Assembly: GCA_003427395.1 (NCBI GenBank)
Contig: BFEA01000015.1
Location: forward strand, 6,283,528-6,347,527
Length of the DNA: 64,000 nt
Direction of reading: 5' to 3'
DNA from: Chara braunii
Taxonomy: Eukaryota; Plantae; Charophyceae
The notes under the pieces are model-generated. The model was not told the DNA's origin and made no database searches. It saw only the letters and a list, made by a program, of their open reading frames with translations. Numbering within the stretch: the first letter of the stretch is position 1; each line of letters opens with the position of its first letter. Shown piece by piece: positions 50,023-63,664 of the stretch. A program made the position numbers and the translations under genes.

Positions 50023-50445
50023 TGAAAAATACGACTGTTGTTAACCTTCTCTCACTCATATCTGTATTTCGACAGTGTGTGGTTGAAAAACCACACGTAT
50101 TGAAGTGATCGTTAGGCGATGGGACAAAAAAAAAAAAACTTAAAAAAAAGGTGAAGCGCCATATGGGGCCTACAAAAGTAAAAGGGAGTTGGATGTCCCA
50201 AACGATAGTGCAGACGCCAGTTTTAATGGGCGACTGTCTGTTTTGAAAGCATGTTTTTTTTTCTCTTAACTTTTCTTGGATTTTTTTGTTAGATTTTGTT
50301 TAAGATTCTTTCTTATTTTTTCGATTCCTTCCCTACGCACTTACAGAGTCTGCACCCGTTTGTTTCGATGAACGGGCTGCAGCAGGGTGAGGCCATGTAT
50401 GTTTTCACGATCAAGTGGAAGATACATGGCGTATGTAAGGGAGTT

Positions 50446-50570
50446 TGGCCTATCGATTCCTTAGCATTTTAGGACCTGAAGCTAGAGGTGTCGAAAAAGT
50501 TATCACATGAATAATTGGCTGGTGGAGGCCGAATGTTCATAATGGCGTTGATTTTTTATCTTTCGATATC
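50446..50570 (+). pseudogene. Degenerate cytoplasmic LSU (25S/28S) rRNA fragment
   Basis: TGGCCTATCGAT...TGAAGCTAGAGGTGTC-GAAAAAGTTATCACATGAATAATTGGCT...GTTCATA resembles the conserved LSU domain V segment GAGGUGUCAGAAAAGUUACCACAGGGAUAACUGGCU. Confidence 0.8.
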
Positions 50571-52264
50571 ACGAGGAGCACCGTTCGCGCCTGCTCGTTC
50601 GAGAATGGGTTGCGAATAGGCGGCTGGATTTGGCGCTCTCCTGAACCAGGTGCTGGCACGAGAGGAAAAAAAAATAAAAAAAGGAAAAAAAACTTTGTTG
50701 AGTTTGACTCTAGTCCAACTCTGTGAAATAACAGAGGGGGCGATCGTTCGTTTTGAACGATGAGATGCCCCCATGAAGGGATAGGAGGGGCGGAGAAAAA
50801 AGTAACGTCCACGTATGTGGCCGTGGTTACGATTGGGTGCATGTGTGTGTGTGTGTATGCGGCTAAGGGAGGGACAATACCCCTACAACTTAGTGAAGGG
50901 GTTCCGATAAGGGCAAAAAAAATGAGAGGGGATAAAAAGGTTAAAGGACTCAATTGTGCGTGGCCCCTGGTTGAGATCAAGGGCTCAGGATCACTGCACT
51001 CTGAGTCCTGGAGCAAACCTTCGACTATAGCATAAAGACAACTCTTCCCTAAGTTGCTTCATTTATTTGAGCAGATGGAGAAGTGATGCTTGGAGAAGCA
51101 GTACTGGTGGAGTGGTGCTGAAGATTTGTTGGGTGAGGGAGAGAACGCGCTGACGGTCTGCAGGAAGATAGAGTCAGGGGCGAAGGCAGCCATAACCAGC
51201 GTTGGGGTTACCCGACCTCAGCGTTGAGCTGATGCTGCGATAGTGGGGCCTTTTTTGTGGAACCAGGGCTCAACCCTAACCTGGTTGTGGCGGTGCAGCG
51301 ACTGAATCTCCATTTCAGTGGGGTTATGCTGCCACGTCAACATTGTTTTCTTTATGGGAAAATGTTGCTGGATTGTCGACATAGCAAACGACGAAGACAC
51401 AATGCTTTGAAGGGGGATGTCGTCTGTTTACCGTGCAGCGTTAACATCAACATCAATATTTTTGTGTGTGTATGGGGGAGTGCTATTCATCCAACGACAT
51501 GGCAAGTGGTGATTCCGTTGATAATTTTGGGGGAGCGGTAATCTTACGACGGTTAAGATTTGAGTGAATCGGTGTGGCTAGGGGCGACAACTATTGGAGC
51601 ACGTTTTGGGACCATGCGACACAACGCTTGGACCCACAAGGGAGCTTGGAGGAGTGTGCGAGTGCAGTGCGAAGTAGTCATTGGGGCACACGACACATGC
51701 GGTTTTCACCCGGGGTCATCTTTATTTTATTTTATTTTTGCAGCGCACGGTGCAAACGGTTTTAGTGTTGAAACCATCAGGTATTACGGACAATGTTGTG
51801 AGACCGCGCAAAATCACTTGGGACTATTTTAAGACCAACTTAAGGGTTGACATTTTGGCATGAGCGACTTGTATTTCGGATATTGGGATTATCTGGTGTG
51901 GACGCGGCAATTTGAGGCGGTATGGATCTGCAAGTTGGTTTGGGAAAATCCTTGAAAGTTTTGGTACAGTTGGAACTGCATTGGGACGATCCGGGATGTT
52001 GGGACCACGTGGGACTTATTTTTTAGAATACCCTCTTCGAGGGTTATTTCATTGAGTCATTTTAGTGGACCCAACTTGGACCTGTTCAGGTCAAAGGAGA
52101 AACATGTACGCCAGGAATCGGTCGGAAGGGTCACAACTTGTATGGTTGTAGACTGCATATTTTTTATTTCAATGACCGACCAACGGCCTCAATGTCTTAG
52201 CTTAGAATTGTGTTTTTGTTTTTCAACTATTTGACTACACCATACAAACAACAATTGAATATTT

Positions 52265-52556
52265 ATGGCAAGACGACTATCGATTCTTAAACAACCTATA
52301 TTTTCTACATTCAACAATCATTTGGTAGATTATCCAAGTCCTAGCAATCTCAGCTATTGGTGGGGTTTTGGATCTCTTGCTGGTATTTGTTTGGTAATCC
52401 AGATAATTACAGGCATTTTTTTAGCAATGCATTATACGCCTCATGTAGATTTAGCTTTCTACAGTGTAGAACATATTATGAGAGATGTTCAAGGAGGCTG
52501 GCTACTTCGATATATGCACGCCAATGGAGCAAGTATGTGGGCGACCGTTAGGTTAC
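52265..52556 (+). pseudogene. cob: NUMT: mitochondrial cytochrome b exon 1 plus the start of a group II intron
   Basis: [40 protein letters not shown]...[10 protein letters not shown]. Homology stops after coding nt 274 (52538), where GGGCGACCGTT (a GUGYG-like 5' end) begins. Confidence 0.92.
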
Positions 52557-54295
52557 CTGAAGTTAATTACGAAAGGCTCTAACAAGAAGAAAGAGCCTGT
52601 GCAATCAATTCTGCACTCTGGACATTCTTTTATTTGATTGAGACATTATATCAACTTTCTTGAGTGAGTCGATTCAAACTTCACTTAAGGTCAATTGAAT
52701 GACTCATATTTCTCTTCACACATGTGTGAACCCACACTTGCTTGACCCTGTTCATTGAATGTTCGTTGAAAAGGCAAATAAAATGTGTGTTTGCATGTGA
52801 ATGGTCAGGTCTGACTTTGGGTATGAGATTTTTTAATGGATTTTTCTAACTTGTTTGCTTCGGTTTGATGTGTAGGTAGGTAGAAGGATACTTTCAACGG
52901 AGAGTGGTTTATGACTACCTTTTGTCTACCTGCATGTAGAAAACACTTGTATTTTGATGTGAAGAATTATAACAGGTACCTTTAAAAAAACTTGTGAATA
53001 TAATGAAGATGAAACCGATTAGACTTAGTATTTTATTGAGGTCTAACCTTTCTATCCCAAATGACCTCATGTTGCATTACTTGTCCAAATGATTCTCGTT
53101 CTCCATCTCCTCTGACTCTTTTCTTCCAGGTTACCTTAAACTTATGAAAAAAAAGAACAATTAAAATCTACGCGCAGTGGACACACTCTCTCTCTATGAA
53201 GCATCTGGGGGGGGGGTCGTTGCTTCAAAAGCTGACCCCATTATAGACCTAGAGTGGACCGTTCTACGGGTGGGTACTCTGTGAATTCGGTTGAGACGCC
53301 CGACTTATAAGATACGAGTTTTGTGTTCGGGCGAGGAGTACCCCAAACCACTTCCTAGAGGGTTGGGCATGCAACACTTCAAGTAATGCACCTGATCAAG
53401 AATCACCCCTAAAGCAGTCCGTCATCCAATAATGTGGGAAGACGGTGTGAGTGTCAGACTCTAATCTTAGGTCGACGGTAGAGTGGAATACATGACTTTG
53501 GCAGCGCATCTCATTAAGTCAAAACTGAGGCAGACCGAGTACCTTATCAGTTGCATCCAATTTATTGTCGGAGCCAACTAATCATTGGTCGTTGTATGAC
53601 TTTTTATTTATGGAGTTCGACCCAAGATGGTCGGGTTTTATTTCGATCTTGTGTCACTGGATGTACCGTATGATGATTCAAATTCTTTCAGTTATCATTT
53701 CAGATTGGATATACATTCTTATGGACTACGGTCAATTCCTTTTGATATAATTGCGTGTGGTTGTTATATTTTTTTTTTGACTGTGTGTCTAAGGGACTTG
53801 GATTGAGTTGTGAGTTTCACGCTTAGTTGAGACCGTCCTAGTTGACCGGCGTCTACTTCGTAACTAGAAGATCAGTGTCCTACGGGACGGACGACGTCCG
53901 GGTTCAGATGACGTTTCGACCAAGCGTTTCCTATACTGAAGCGAATCGAGTGAGCACCCTCGGCCGACTTACCTCTACGATTGCATATAAAAACTTTCCC
54001 ATATATGTCAATAACTCAGTAGGGATCTGCCCCTAAGGATGGTAACAATCCCTTAGGGAAGGTAAGTGTGCACCGCCAGAACCAGTCCTGTCGTAGGAGA
54101 CTGCGAGAAGTACGGCTGACGCACTCGGCTAGAGCGGCGAGGTGGCAATGCGAACGCGTCCGTTCCTCGGTGGTTCGCAGATTTATTCACACGTTGTCCC
54201 CCAGTTGTCTCTCGTGTTTATTTTGGTTTACTCCTGCGTGACATGGCTTGGAGAGCTCTAGTCTTTCTCGAAAAAGGTGGGGGTCGATGCGCTCG

Positions 54296-54770
54296 ACATT
54301 GTCCCGCCCCCCCCCACATCCTCCCCTTTGCCTGCTCGGTTTGCTACTTCCTCATTCCCTTTCCCCACCCCATTCTCTTTACCGTTTGTTTTTTTTTCCC
54401 TTTTTTAATTGTCATTTTGGTTATCGTTGCCAATCAATCAATCAATGATAAAATTTAACCGATTCGATCAACTTATTGAACCAATCTATGAATCGATTCG
54501 AATCGTTCATCGCTTGGTCGATTGATTAATTGATTGACTGATTGATTGATTGATTGATCAGTTCGTAGGGACTTTGAAATCGAAAACGAAAAAAAAAAAA
54601 CAAAAGAAAACAAAGCTTTATATGGGAAGGAGGGGTCAAATGAGGGAAGCGTTAGGTAGCAGAGGGGGGTTACGAGGGGAGCGGAAGGGGGTTTCGAGGG
54701 GGGGGCGGGACAAGGGGTGCAATAGGAGGGGGAAGAGGGGGGCACAATAGGGCAAAGGTGCTGCGACTGC
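54296..54770. repeat. Imperfect fold-back element with (CAAT)n/(ATTG)n core
   Basis: A pyrimidine-rich left arm and purine-rich right arm surround CAATCAATCAAT...ATTGATTGATTG. Confidence 0.45.
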
Positions 54771-57700
54771 AGTAGCCCACCACCCCCCACCCTCTGTACG
54801 CTTTTTTTTCCCTTTTGGTCACATTGTCTCGAAAAACTAGTTTTCTTAGATCCCGGACAATGGGCCTACCGGATGTCCCACGGAGTTGTTTGGCCAGGAT
54901 GTCCTGCCAGTGGACAACTCGTAGCATAAAAAAATACGCAGGAATATCGAGAATTGTGGACGCGACATAAAAAATGTATTACCATAGACACGGCGGTGTG
55001 GACCCAACTAGTTTCGGTTGACCAACCAAACCAACCCTCCGAGTCATCAAGGGTCTTGATCGCCATCATCGCAAAGTGAATTTATCAAGGCCATCACCGA
55101 CTCTAGGTAGTTCATAATTATATTACATTATTCATTTGTTCTTACTAGAGTTTGAACTCATGTGTATATTTCAACAGTTGAGGGGTGTACTGACTAAGCT
55201 AGACCAGTTCTTGTAGCTCGACGAAAATGCAGCATAGGGTCTCGCCCCACTACTCACTTAACATGCATCAAAGACAAAAAAAATGGCGGTGTACACTTCC
55301 ATGTTCTAGTGGAAGATTCATTCTTATTTTGCACATATAGTGTACAGAGCGACTCGGATGCAGAATGATCAACACAATTTGGCCAATTGTGGGATAGGAA
55401 CAACAAAGGTAAAAAGGCTAAAAACAAACGTAGCAAAATTGTCATATCAAGTTGCAAAAAGATAACAACTTAATGAAACTGCTGCAGTAGTCTCGCATGA
55501 CTGGGAATCAAGTTAAGGGAGGATAAGAGAATAAATGAGGGATGCGGGACACTGGATTCAGGATGTTCAAATGGATTGCACAACGAAATAAATCCGGAAA
55601 CTTGAAGCGGGAAGAATGAAAACAAGTTAGAAGATGATGAAGGGAGGTGGTTGGAGGTGAAAATGCGACAACCTGCCTCAACTGAATATGCCATGGGAAC
55701 CTCGATAAAAAGGTTAACTTCATCAATACGGAGAGTAAAAGAATTGAAAGCGTTTTATCACAGTGGCTATAATGAGGGAAAGCAGTCGCGGTGAGGTACA
55801 TTGACCGTATAGGATAAAGGCACGATAAGGCGACTTCAGTGACATCGAATCTCACTATCACAAGCAACATACCGACAACTTGCAGGATGCTATAACATTA
55901 CTGAGGAGTTGATTGCAAAATGGTTCATCGATAGTGGATCTCGCAAAAGGTCTTGGAGAACTCGACCACCGCCAGCACACCATGCTTTGTCTAAATCCAT
56001 GGCATGCTTTGGAACTAGAAATGTGGATGATTATGCATCTCGCCTTCACAATGGCGAAGTGACAAACATCAAAATCCCAGTATCATAATATGAAATGCAG
56101 TGTTTACAAGTAACTGGGATAAACTGTCTCACACTTCAAATTATACCTAAAGTGCGAGGTTTCTGTCCGTTTTTTAGAGTAGTGGGATCATAAAATTGCA
56201 GATTGTTCATCATTCCCTTGCAACTAAATAAACCTTATGGGGTGCTCTTGGGGGCACTTATTGTTTGCATCAATGGAAAACAATGCTCTGTAGCAGACTC
56301 ATATGTCAAGGAGTGGGTAAGGACAACCATATATTAGGGGATTTGAAGACGGCGATTTGAGGTTAGTAAGGTAGGTGAAAAATTTTAAGCTATAACAATG
56401 AAAGAGGCAATTAAAGGGTCGCTTCAAGTAGCTATCACAACAGATTTTGAACGCAGGTATGGCAAGCGAAGAGTGTTCTTGACAAACGAATCAATTTTAT
56501 TTTTTTTAAGTTTGGAATCCATTCCTGACACACTGGAGACGGAAAAGAACTGCACTAGGTTGAGGGATGCGAACCCGTGATCTTTGTTGCCACGTGGATA
56601 ACATATGCATAACACAAATGCATGATATGCGGATCGGACCACATAAGGGACTGAAGTCTCGATTGTCATTATATAAATGTTATAACGAGATAGGTAGTAA
56701 AGTGGAGGGATAACATATAAAATGTGGTATACAATATAGAGAGATATAATTGTACTCATTTCGACAAGTATTAAAGTTGTAGAAAACTAGAATGGCCCAA
56801 AATGGGGCATATCATAAGATGTATATATTGGAAAACTCTCTTGCCTAAGCCAGACGCGCTGCGTTCTGACATCCTGGGCCAAGTAGTGGTGGCTTAAGGG
56901 TTATCCATTATGGCATGTGCTCACTTACGAAAACAACCATTCTTTCGTCAAACAAACAGTCTCATCCCCAATCCCCAACTGTGCAGAAATATTATAGCAA
57001 AAAACCGTTGTTAAGAATAATGACACTTTTTCTATCTGGACCATCTCATCCTCTTTAACGACTAAACATGGGTCTCACAACAGATCAATCACAGTGAGAC
57101 AATTGTATGTACACGGGTCTGAAATTATTATGAATCATTGACAAAAAAATATGGACCATTGTCATTTGTTATCCTCAGAGCATGGTTGTGCAGACGCGTA
57201 ATAAAATTGCAGTCTGTGATGAATACTTTACCCTGAGACTACATTTATTTTTCACAAGTTTTTCCCTAATTCTATGAGTGTCAGTTCTTACATGCAAGAC
57301 AAGTGCATATCACATCAGGGGTCGCGATCAATGGTACTATATACATGTAACCTGCATAGCAACGAACACAAGGTATATAAAAACCCCAAGTGAGATACAA
57401 CGTGAGACACCCGAATGCTCTCCTATGAACATATATGGATGCATACATTAATATCAATTGGAGTCCACTTCATCAGGCGTCCACCATAACTCCATCATCA
57501 TGTCATTATATTTATAACACGAATTCATCATACTGCCATCACATTTTCATCACAATTCCAACATGATATCCAACAAGTAGTTTTGTGATGAACTGTTGAT
57601 AAACACAATATCGACTCCCTATCAATAGTTTACCAACACAGATTTCAACAACTGAACTGTTGATCAACATAGTGTAAACAAATTGTCAACGGTTGTTCAA

Positions 57701-58705
57701 CACAAAGTTCAACTGTTGAACCGGTCCCTTCATGTGGACTATATAACTTACAAACGTTGGTTTCCATCACTTTCTGTTGAGTATGGGGCATGTGGCAGGA
57801 TAAACAGTAGATAAACAGTTTTTAAACAGTTTAAAGGAGGGGAAATCTCACGATCAACAAAAAAAAAAAAAACCGACAATATTCTGTTGGTTGATGTTTG
57901 ATTCGTTGCAAAGATGAACCCAATATTCATGGGAATGACAAATAGGACAAAGGAGACAACGAGCAAGATCGGAAAGGGATGAAGGATTCAAAATCATCTA
58001 AGTTGTTGGGGGAGGACAAACTAAAACTGGAGAATGTTGAGCAAATGCAGAGCTAGAAAGAGGACAGAGTTAGACACGCCCCGCAATCGACTAAATCAAG
58101 TCACCATTAACTTCAGAGATGAGGCGTACCGTGTTTGTATTTCTCGACTGAAAATCATATAAGGCTCAATGATGCGAAAGTGGCTAGAATATTTGGTCAC
58201 TACTTTCTCGTCACAAAGACATTTCCTCACATGAACTAGTTTCCCTATTTATAGTATCTTATGACCCAATGGTTTTGTTTCGGGCCTTGTGACTAAGGAC
58301 ATGCATGTCATGGCCTAGTTTCGTCATCCTATGTAAGTCTAAAAAATGTCAATTGAATTTTCATCAATTATAGGAATATATTATACCTTTGTCATTCATC
58401 AAGGATCGGGTTTCACAAGTTGTCTAGCATTGGAAGCTTTACAAACGACAAACTATTAGTTCGTACCTGGAACGACCTCAACCTGATACACTTGTGAGGC
58501 GTGACTCGCTCACTATCTTAGGCCAAGGACATGTGTTATTTGTTGCGATAGTCCGGTGAAGCGTGATTTTGATCAAACATTTAACCTTCTCAATCAATTC
58601 ACTGGATTGGGATATGAGGGGTGTGCAACATATACAACAACGATTGTGTTGTATGTTGCTTTCTTATCTAGTCCTATTGCTGGTAAAAATCTCTTTCGTG
58701 TTTAA

Positions 58706-58905
58706 ATCACCACTACCTTTTTCAGGCAATATCGAGGATTAAAAATGTAACATTCTACGTTATTTGGAGGCTAGGGGCTATCATAACCCCAAGGTTGGCG
58801 GCGCCAGCCAAACCAAAAAGCAAAATGTCACGAATGCGCTTCAATGAAGCTTCACGCTCAAGGGGAATCCACCTCTGCAAAAGGAGTCTCGAAGGTGGTG
58901 GTGGT
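58706..58905. mobile_element. ~200-bp TTAA-flanked MITE
   Basis: TTAA|ATCACCACTACCTT ... AAGGTGGTGGTGGT|TTAA. Confidence 0.6.
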
Positions 58906-60629
58906 TTAAATATTTCTTAAAGAAACAGTTAACATACACGGGTTTTGAGGCTTTACAACGCTTACAAGGATACATATCTAACTTTCTATTCATTCCCAAA
59001 AATGATTTATAAATACTCATATGACCGAATAGTCCACTCTTTGGGTCAATCTCGTGCGACGATAGTTGTGGTATCCATACTGACTCACGAAAATGGATGA
59101 ACCAATTTTATAAGGACAACTGTACGTGGCGCTTATATCGACTTTTTATCTTCCGCACAAATCGTACATTTTTTTATGATGACTTTAAGTGTTTAACATC
59201 ATCTCTAACATTGGACTAATGCCATTTGATATGATGATCAATGGCCAATTCAGTAATCCTAACCACAAAATGGGAAGCTGATTTGTTCTGAACTGCGTTC
59301 ACCTAATCACAATGTGCGGAGGGATGGGGTTCTGTCAACCAACTTTTAAATCACTAGTACTTTTTACCTTTCCCTTACCAAGCCTGGAAACGCCCTGCGT
59401 GCCAAAAAAAACAAACAAACTGGCGCAGGCCTTCTTTTGGCTGGCGCTGCTAATCATTTTGCTCCGGTAGGCCAACCCCTAAAACTTGAGGCGGGCATGC
59501 GGCCACGTTGGAAAAAAATGGCTGGCAAACGTATGGGTGGTTTAAGCCCATCGATCTTGCATTTTTTATCCATCAGAAATCCCCAGACCGTTCGTTAGTG
59601 TGATGCTTGTCATTTTTCCAACATTTTTGTACGTAGCCTCCCTGCTGATTTAGCCAACACCACCTTATTTGTCCATAACTTTGCTTGCCTACACTTTCTG
59701 TTGTATCGCAGTCTGTCTTTTGTAGCCATGATAAACCGTTCCTCTTTAGCAAATTTGACGGGGTGACAAAAATGATATAGCCACAACTCGGTGGATAAAA
59801 GTTAGTGAATATAGCTACCATGCACTTCAAATGCACACTTAGCACAAACGACCCAATCGGCAAAATCCTTCTTACGAGGATGGGCATCTACCTCGTTCAC
59901 TCGTGAAATACACAAAAAAAAACATAATAGAGTCTATTGGGCATCGGTGAACGAGGACTCCGAGGAAAGGGAATAGAGAAGGGGATATCACCTTACCCTG
60001 CCAAATGGAACGCGAACTATGGTCTCCACCATCTCAGGAAAAATCAAGCCTTTTCAAGACTCGCACTTTTTCATAGGCTGAGCTACTCGGGTGCTTCAGA
60101 TCGCACCCCTGTCTAACCTTCTCGTTCTTCAGAACCCTTCCCAACTGACGAAGCCATGTCAGCCTGTCAGGGTTGCCCTGTCCTGCAACCTTCCTGTTTG
60201 TCTGCCATGCATTTTTTGCGTTGAAAGCTTTGTCGGAGGATACCCTTCTGCCCACCAGCCACTTCCCAACAGTAGACAAGAGCAAAATATAGTTTAGAAA
60301 AAAACAGGAAAAAGGATCGTCTGACCTCCCCGGGGAAATTCCAAGGCTTCAGGATTGCCCCATGTTGTGAGGGTCCATCTATGCAGCAGTACTCCGAGGT
60401 CGACTATAGGGCGGGCCTGTTTGGGACCTGGACATGGGCCTGATCTCACAGGCCGTGTGCTAGTCCAGTGCATTCCAGTCAGTCCGCTAGGGGTATACCC
60501 TACCAGCAGCATGTCTTTTGATTCATTCGACGTTGTGAGTCTTAGAGTATCTCGTGTACTGCTGTCTGCTGTCACCACCATGCTTGACAGCCTTCCTCCT
60601 CCACCAGCCCACCCATCTTCTGCCATTCT

Positions 60630-60664
60630 TCTCTCTCTCTCTCTCTCTCTCTCTGTCTGTGTGT

Positions 60665-60719
<55 letters not shown>
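60630..60719 (+). repeat. (CT)n microsatellite
   Basis: Dinucleotide repeat running into the gap. Confidence 0.95.
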
Positions 60720-61504
60720 NNNNNNNNNNNNNNNNNNNNNNNNNNNNNNNNNNNNNNNNNNNNNNNNNNNNNNNNNNNNNNNNNNNNNNNNNNNNNNNNN
60801 NNNNNNNNNNNNNNNNNNNNNNNNNNNNNNNNNNNNNNNNNNNNNNNNNNNNNNNNNNNNNNNNNNNNNNNNNNNNNNNNNNNNNNNNNNNNNNNNNNNN
60901 NNNNNNNNNNNNNNNNNNNNNNNNNNNNNNNNNNNNNNNNNNNNNNNNNNNNNNNNNNNNNNNNNNNNNNNNNNNNNNNNNNNNNNNNNNNNNNNNNNNN
61001 NNNNNNNNNNNNNNNNNNNNNNNNNNNNNNNNNNNNNNNNNNNNNNNNNNNNNNNNNNNNNNNNNNNNNNNNNNNNNNNNNNNNNNNNNNNNNNNNNNNN
61101 NNNNNNNNNNNNNNNNNNNNNNNNNNNNNNNNNNNNNNNNNNNNNNNNNNNNNNNNNNNNNNNNNNNNNNNNNNNNNNNNNNNNNNNNNNNNNNNNNNNN
61201 NNNNNNNNNNNNNNNNNNNNNNNNNNNNNNNNNNNNNNNNNNNNNNNNNNNNNNNNNNNNNNNNNNNNNNNNNNNNNNNNNNNNNNNNNNNNNNNNNNNN
61301 NNNNNNNNNNNNNNNNNNNNNNNNNNNNNNNNNNNNNNNNNNNNNNNNNNNNNNNNNNNNNNNNNNNNNNNNNNNNNNNNNNNNNNNNNNNNNNNNNNNN
61401 NNNNNNNNNNNNNNNNNNNNNNNNNNNNNNNNNNNNNNNNNNNNNNNNNNNNNNNNNNNNNNNNNNNNNNNNNNNNNNNNNNNNNNNNNNNNNNNNNNNN
61501 NNNN
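60720..61504. other. Assembly gap (N run)
   Basis: Run of N. Confidence 1.
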
Positions 61505-62486
61505 ACGTCTTGAAAAGTCCAGTTCTGAGAATGCCCTACAGTTCTGAGAATGTCGTGCCAAACAACAATTCAAAGAAACAACTTAAAAAAAAAAAAAAGA
61601 AAAAAAAAAAGACAACTAGATCTTGGCCATACTCCCCGCCAATGGAAACCCAACGCCGGCACACAAGATTTGCAAAAAAAAAATAAAAATTATTCTGAGT
61701 CTTCTCTCAAATCTTTCATCATCTTTTCACATTCTTTTAATTCACCTTCACTGCCTACCCACCACTACTCCTAAGGATTACACAGGGGACCCCCGCAAAC
61801 ATAGCTTTGTTGTCTCCCTCCAGCCATCAGAGGGGATGCATGTTGCCCCCCGCCCCCAACCATGGTGGTCAAGAATGGGGTGGGGCCGCCGGTGGGGGTC
61901 CGGCTAATGCAAAGACTGATCATTTTGCCAGTAGCTGCGCCTCCCTTTTCATCGTCCCCTAACCCCCCAAAAAAAATAACAGCAGTGTCCAAGGCCAACA
62001 CTCTCCCACACACCACACATAACCCACTCACACTCACATCCGTGTTGGACAAGGACCCTGCTAATACCGATCAGAGGTATCAAGCGGAGTATCACCACTG
62101 GTTGGCACTGAGTGCGCGGCAGGTGGTCGTGGGCCTCGAACCCACAACCTTAAAAACAATTCAAAAATAAATAAATAAAATCCTGCGAGACCATGGGGGT
62201 CACTCCTCTCCAAATGCGCAACATGAGAATGAATCTTCCGCTAGAAGATGGAAAGATGCACCGCCATATTTGTTGTCTTTTGTGGATGAGGAGAGTAGTG
62301 CAGCCAGGCGCAGCTTCTTTTTCATTATTATTATTATTATTATTATTACTATATTATTATATATTTTGACCCCCCGAAACGGGCAATATGAGAATGAATC
62401 TTCCGCTAGAAGATGGAAAGATGCACCGCCATATTTGTTGTCGTTTGTGGATGAGGAGAGTAGTGCAGCCAGGCGCAGTTTCTTTT

Positions 62487-62521
<35 letters not shown>

Positions 62522-62584
62522 TTTTTTTAGTGAACGGACTGGCCCCAGGTAATTTCAGAATCATTTGATTCTGTTCATCTGATT

Positions 62585-62650
62585 GCCGGCCGATTCGAAC
62601 TCTGGTCTGCATTTCAATAGGTCGTGGGTGTACCAACTGAGCTAGGCCCG
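62585..62650 (-). pseudogene. tRNA-derived fragment (SINE head or tRNA pseudogene)
   Basis: Minus strand GGGCCTAGCTCAGTTGGTA (A box) ... GAGTTCGAATC (B box); no clean anticodon arm. Confidence 0.55.
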
Positions 62651-62997
62651 TCGGTGTTCTGAATGAGGCCCAGTTTCAAGAAGGGGAGGACAGAAAGAAG
62701 GGTCGAGGACGGAAACAGACCCTTTTTGTTCCGCGAGGGAGGGCAAATTACCCCCGTCAGAATGTGCAGGGGCATCTGCATGTCCAGGTGCCAATCATGC
62801 CATCATGTACCTGCATATCGTCCAGATGCATTCCGACCAGGCTAGTTCTGGATTTACATTCCAGGACTCTAAAACCTGTGGAGGTCTTTATTTATTTATT
62901 TATTAAAAAAAGGTGAAAAAAAAAGAAGAAGGATATGGTCACTAAACTGACCAGCCCTAGGTAATTCAGAATTATGTTGTTTTGTTCATCTGATCGG

Positions 62998-63161
62998 GGG
63001 CCAAGTCCCACTAGCAGCGTTGAGCTACCTCAACGCCTGAATCTGGACGCTTTTGCGGAGATGTGCAGAAATGGTGTTGAGTTTCCTGAAGTGCACGTCT
63101 CCACAAACACGTCCAGATTCAGGCGTTGAGGTAGCTCAACGCTGCTAGTGGGACTTGGCCC
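62998..63161. mobile_element. Tourist/PIF-Harbinger-like MITE (young copy)
   Basis: CGG|GGGCCAAGTCCCACTAGCAGCGTTGAG...CTCAACGCTGCTAGTGGGACTTGGCCC|CGG; near-perfect palindrome. Confidence 0.9.
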
Positions 63162-63515
63162 CGGGTTTGGATTCGAGCTTGGGGGTGTAATTCAACAGTT
63201 CACAGGTGTAACAACTGAAAAAAAAAAAAAAAAAAAAACAGTTCAAGGGTGTAACGACTGAGATAGGACCATTGGTGTCCACAAGTTTGTCTTTATTTCG
63301 TTATTATTATTATTATTATTATTTTAGATAACCTCTTTAATAGAGCCGTACCTGTTCTCTTTTTTTTTTTTTTTTTTCAAACGAAAAACAAGCATTATTA
63401 TATGCTGGGAACCGGGCCCGGCTTCTTGAGCTGAGAAAGGCACTTGGGCCAAGCAGAGCCCAGACCACGGTAATCCAAACCGACTGAGCCAACCCTTGGA
63501 GTAGATGGAACCCTG

Positions 63516-63664
63516 GGGCCAAGTCCCACTAGCAGCATTGAGTTTCCCCAACACCTGAATCTGGACGCGTTTGTAGAGATGTGCAGTTGAGAAAACTCAA
63601 CGCCATTTCTGCACATCTCCACAAAAACGACCAGATTCGGCCCGCTGCTAGTGGGACTTGGCCC
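63516..63664. mobile_element. Tourist/PIF-Harbinger-like MITE
   Basis: CTG|GGGCCAAGTCCCACTAGCAGC...GCTGCTAGTGGGACTTGGCCC|CTG. Confidence 0.85.

Noticed and set aside
55500-56560. Decayed Ulp1-like protease (RLFIIPL...ALIVC...ADS)
   Set aside because: The catalytic His and Cys motifs are not readable; too degraded to call.
60355-61686. Long ORFs of 294-443 aa
   Set aside because: They are artefacts of (CT)n plus the N-gap.
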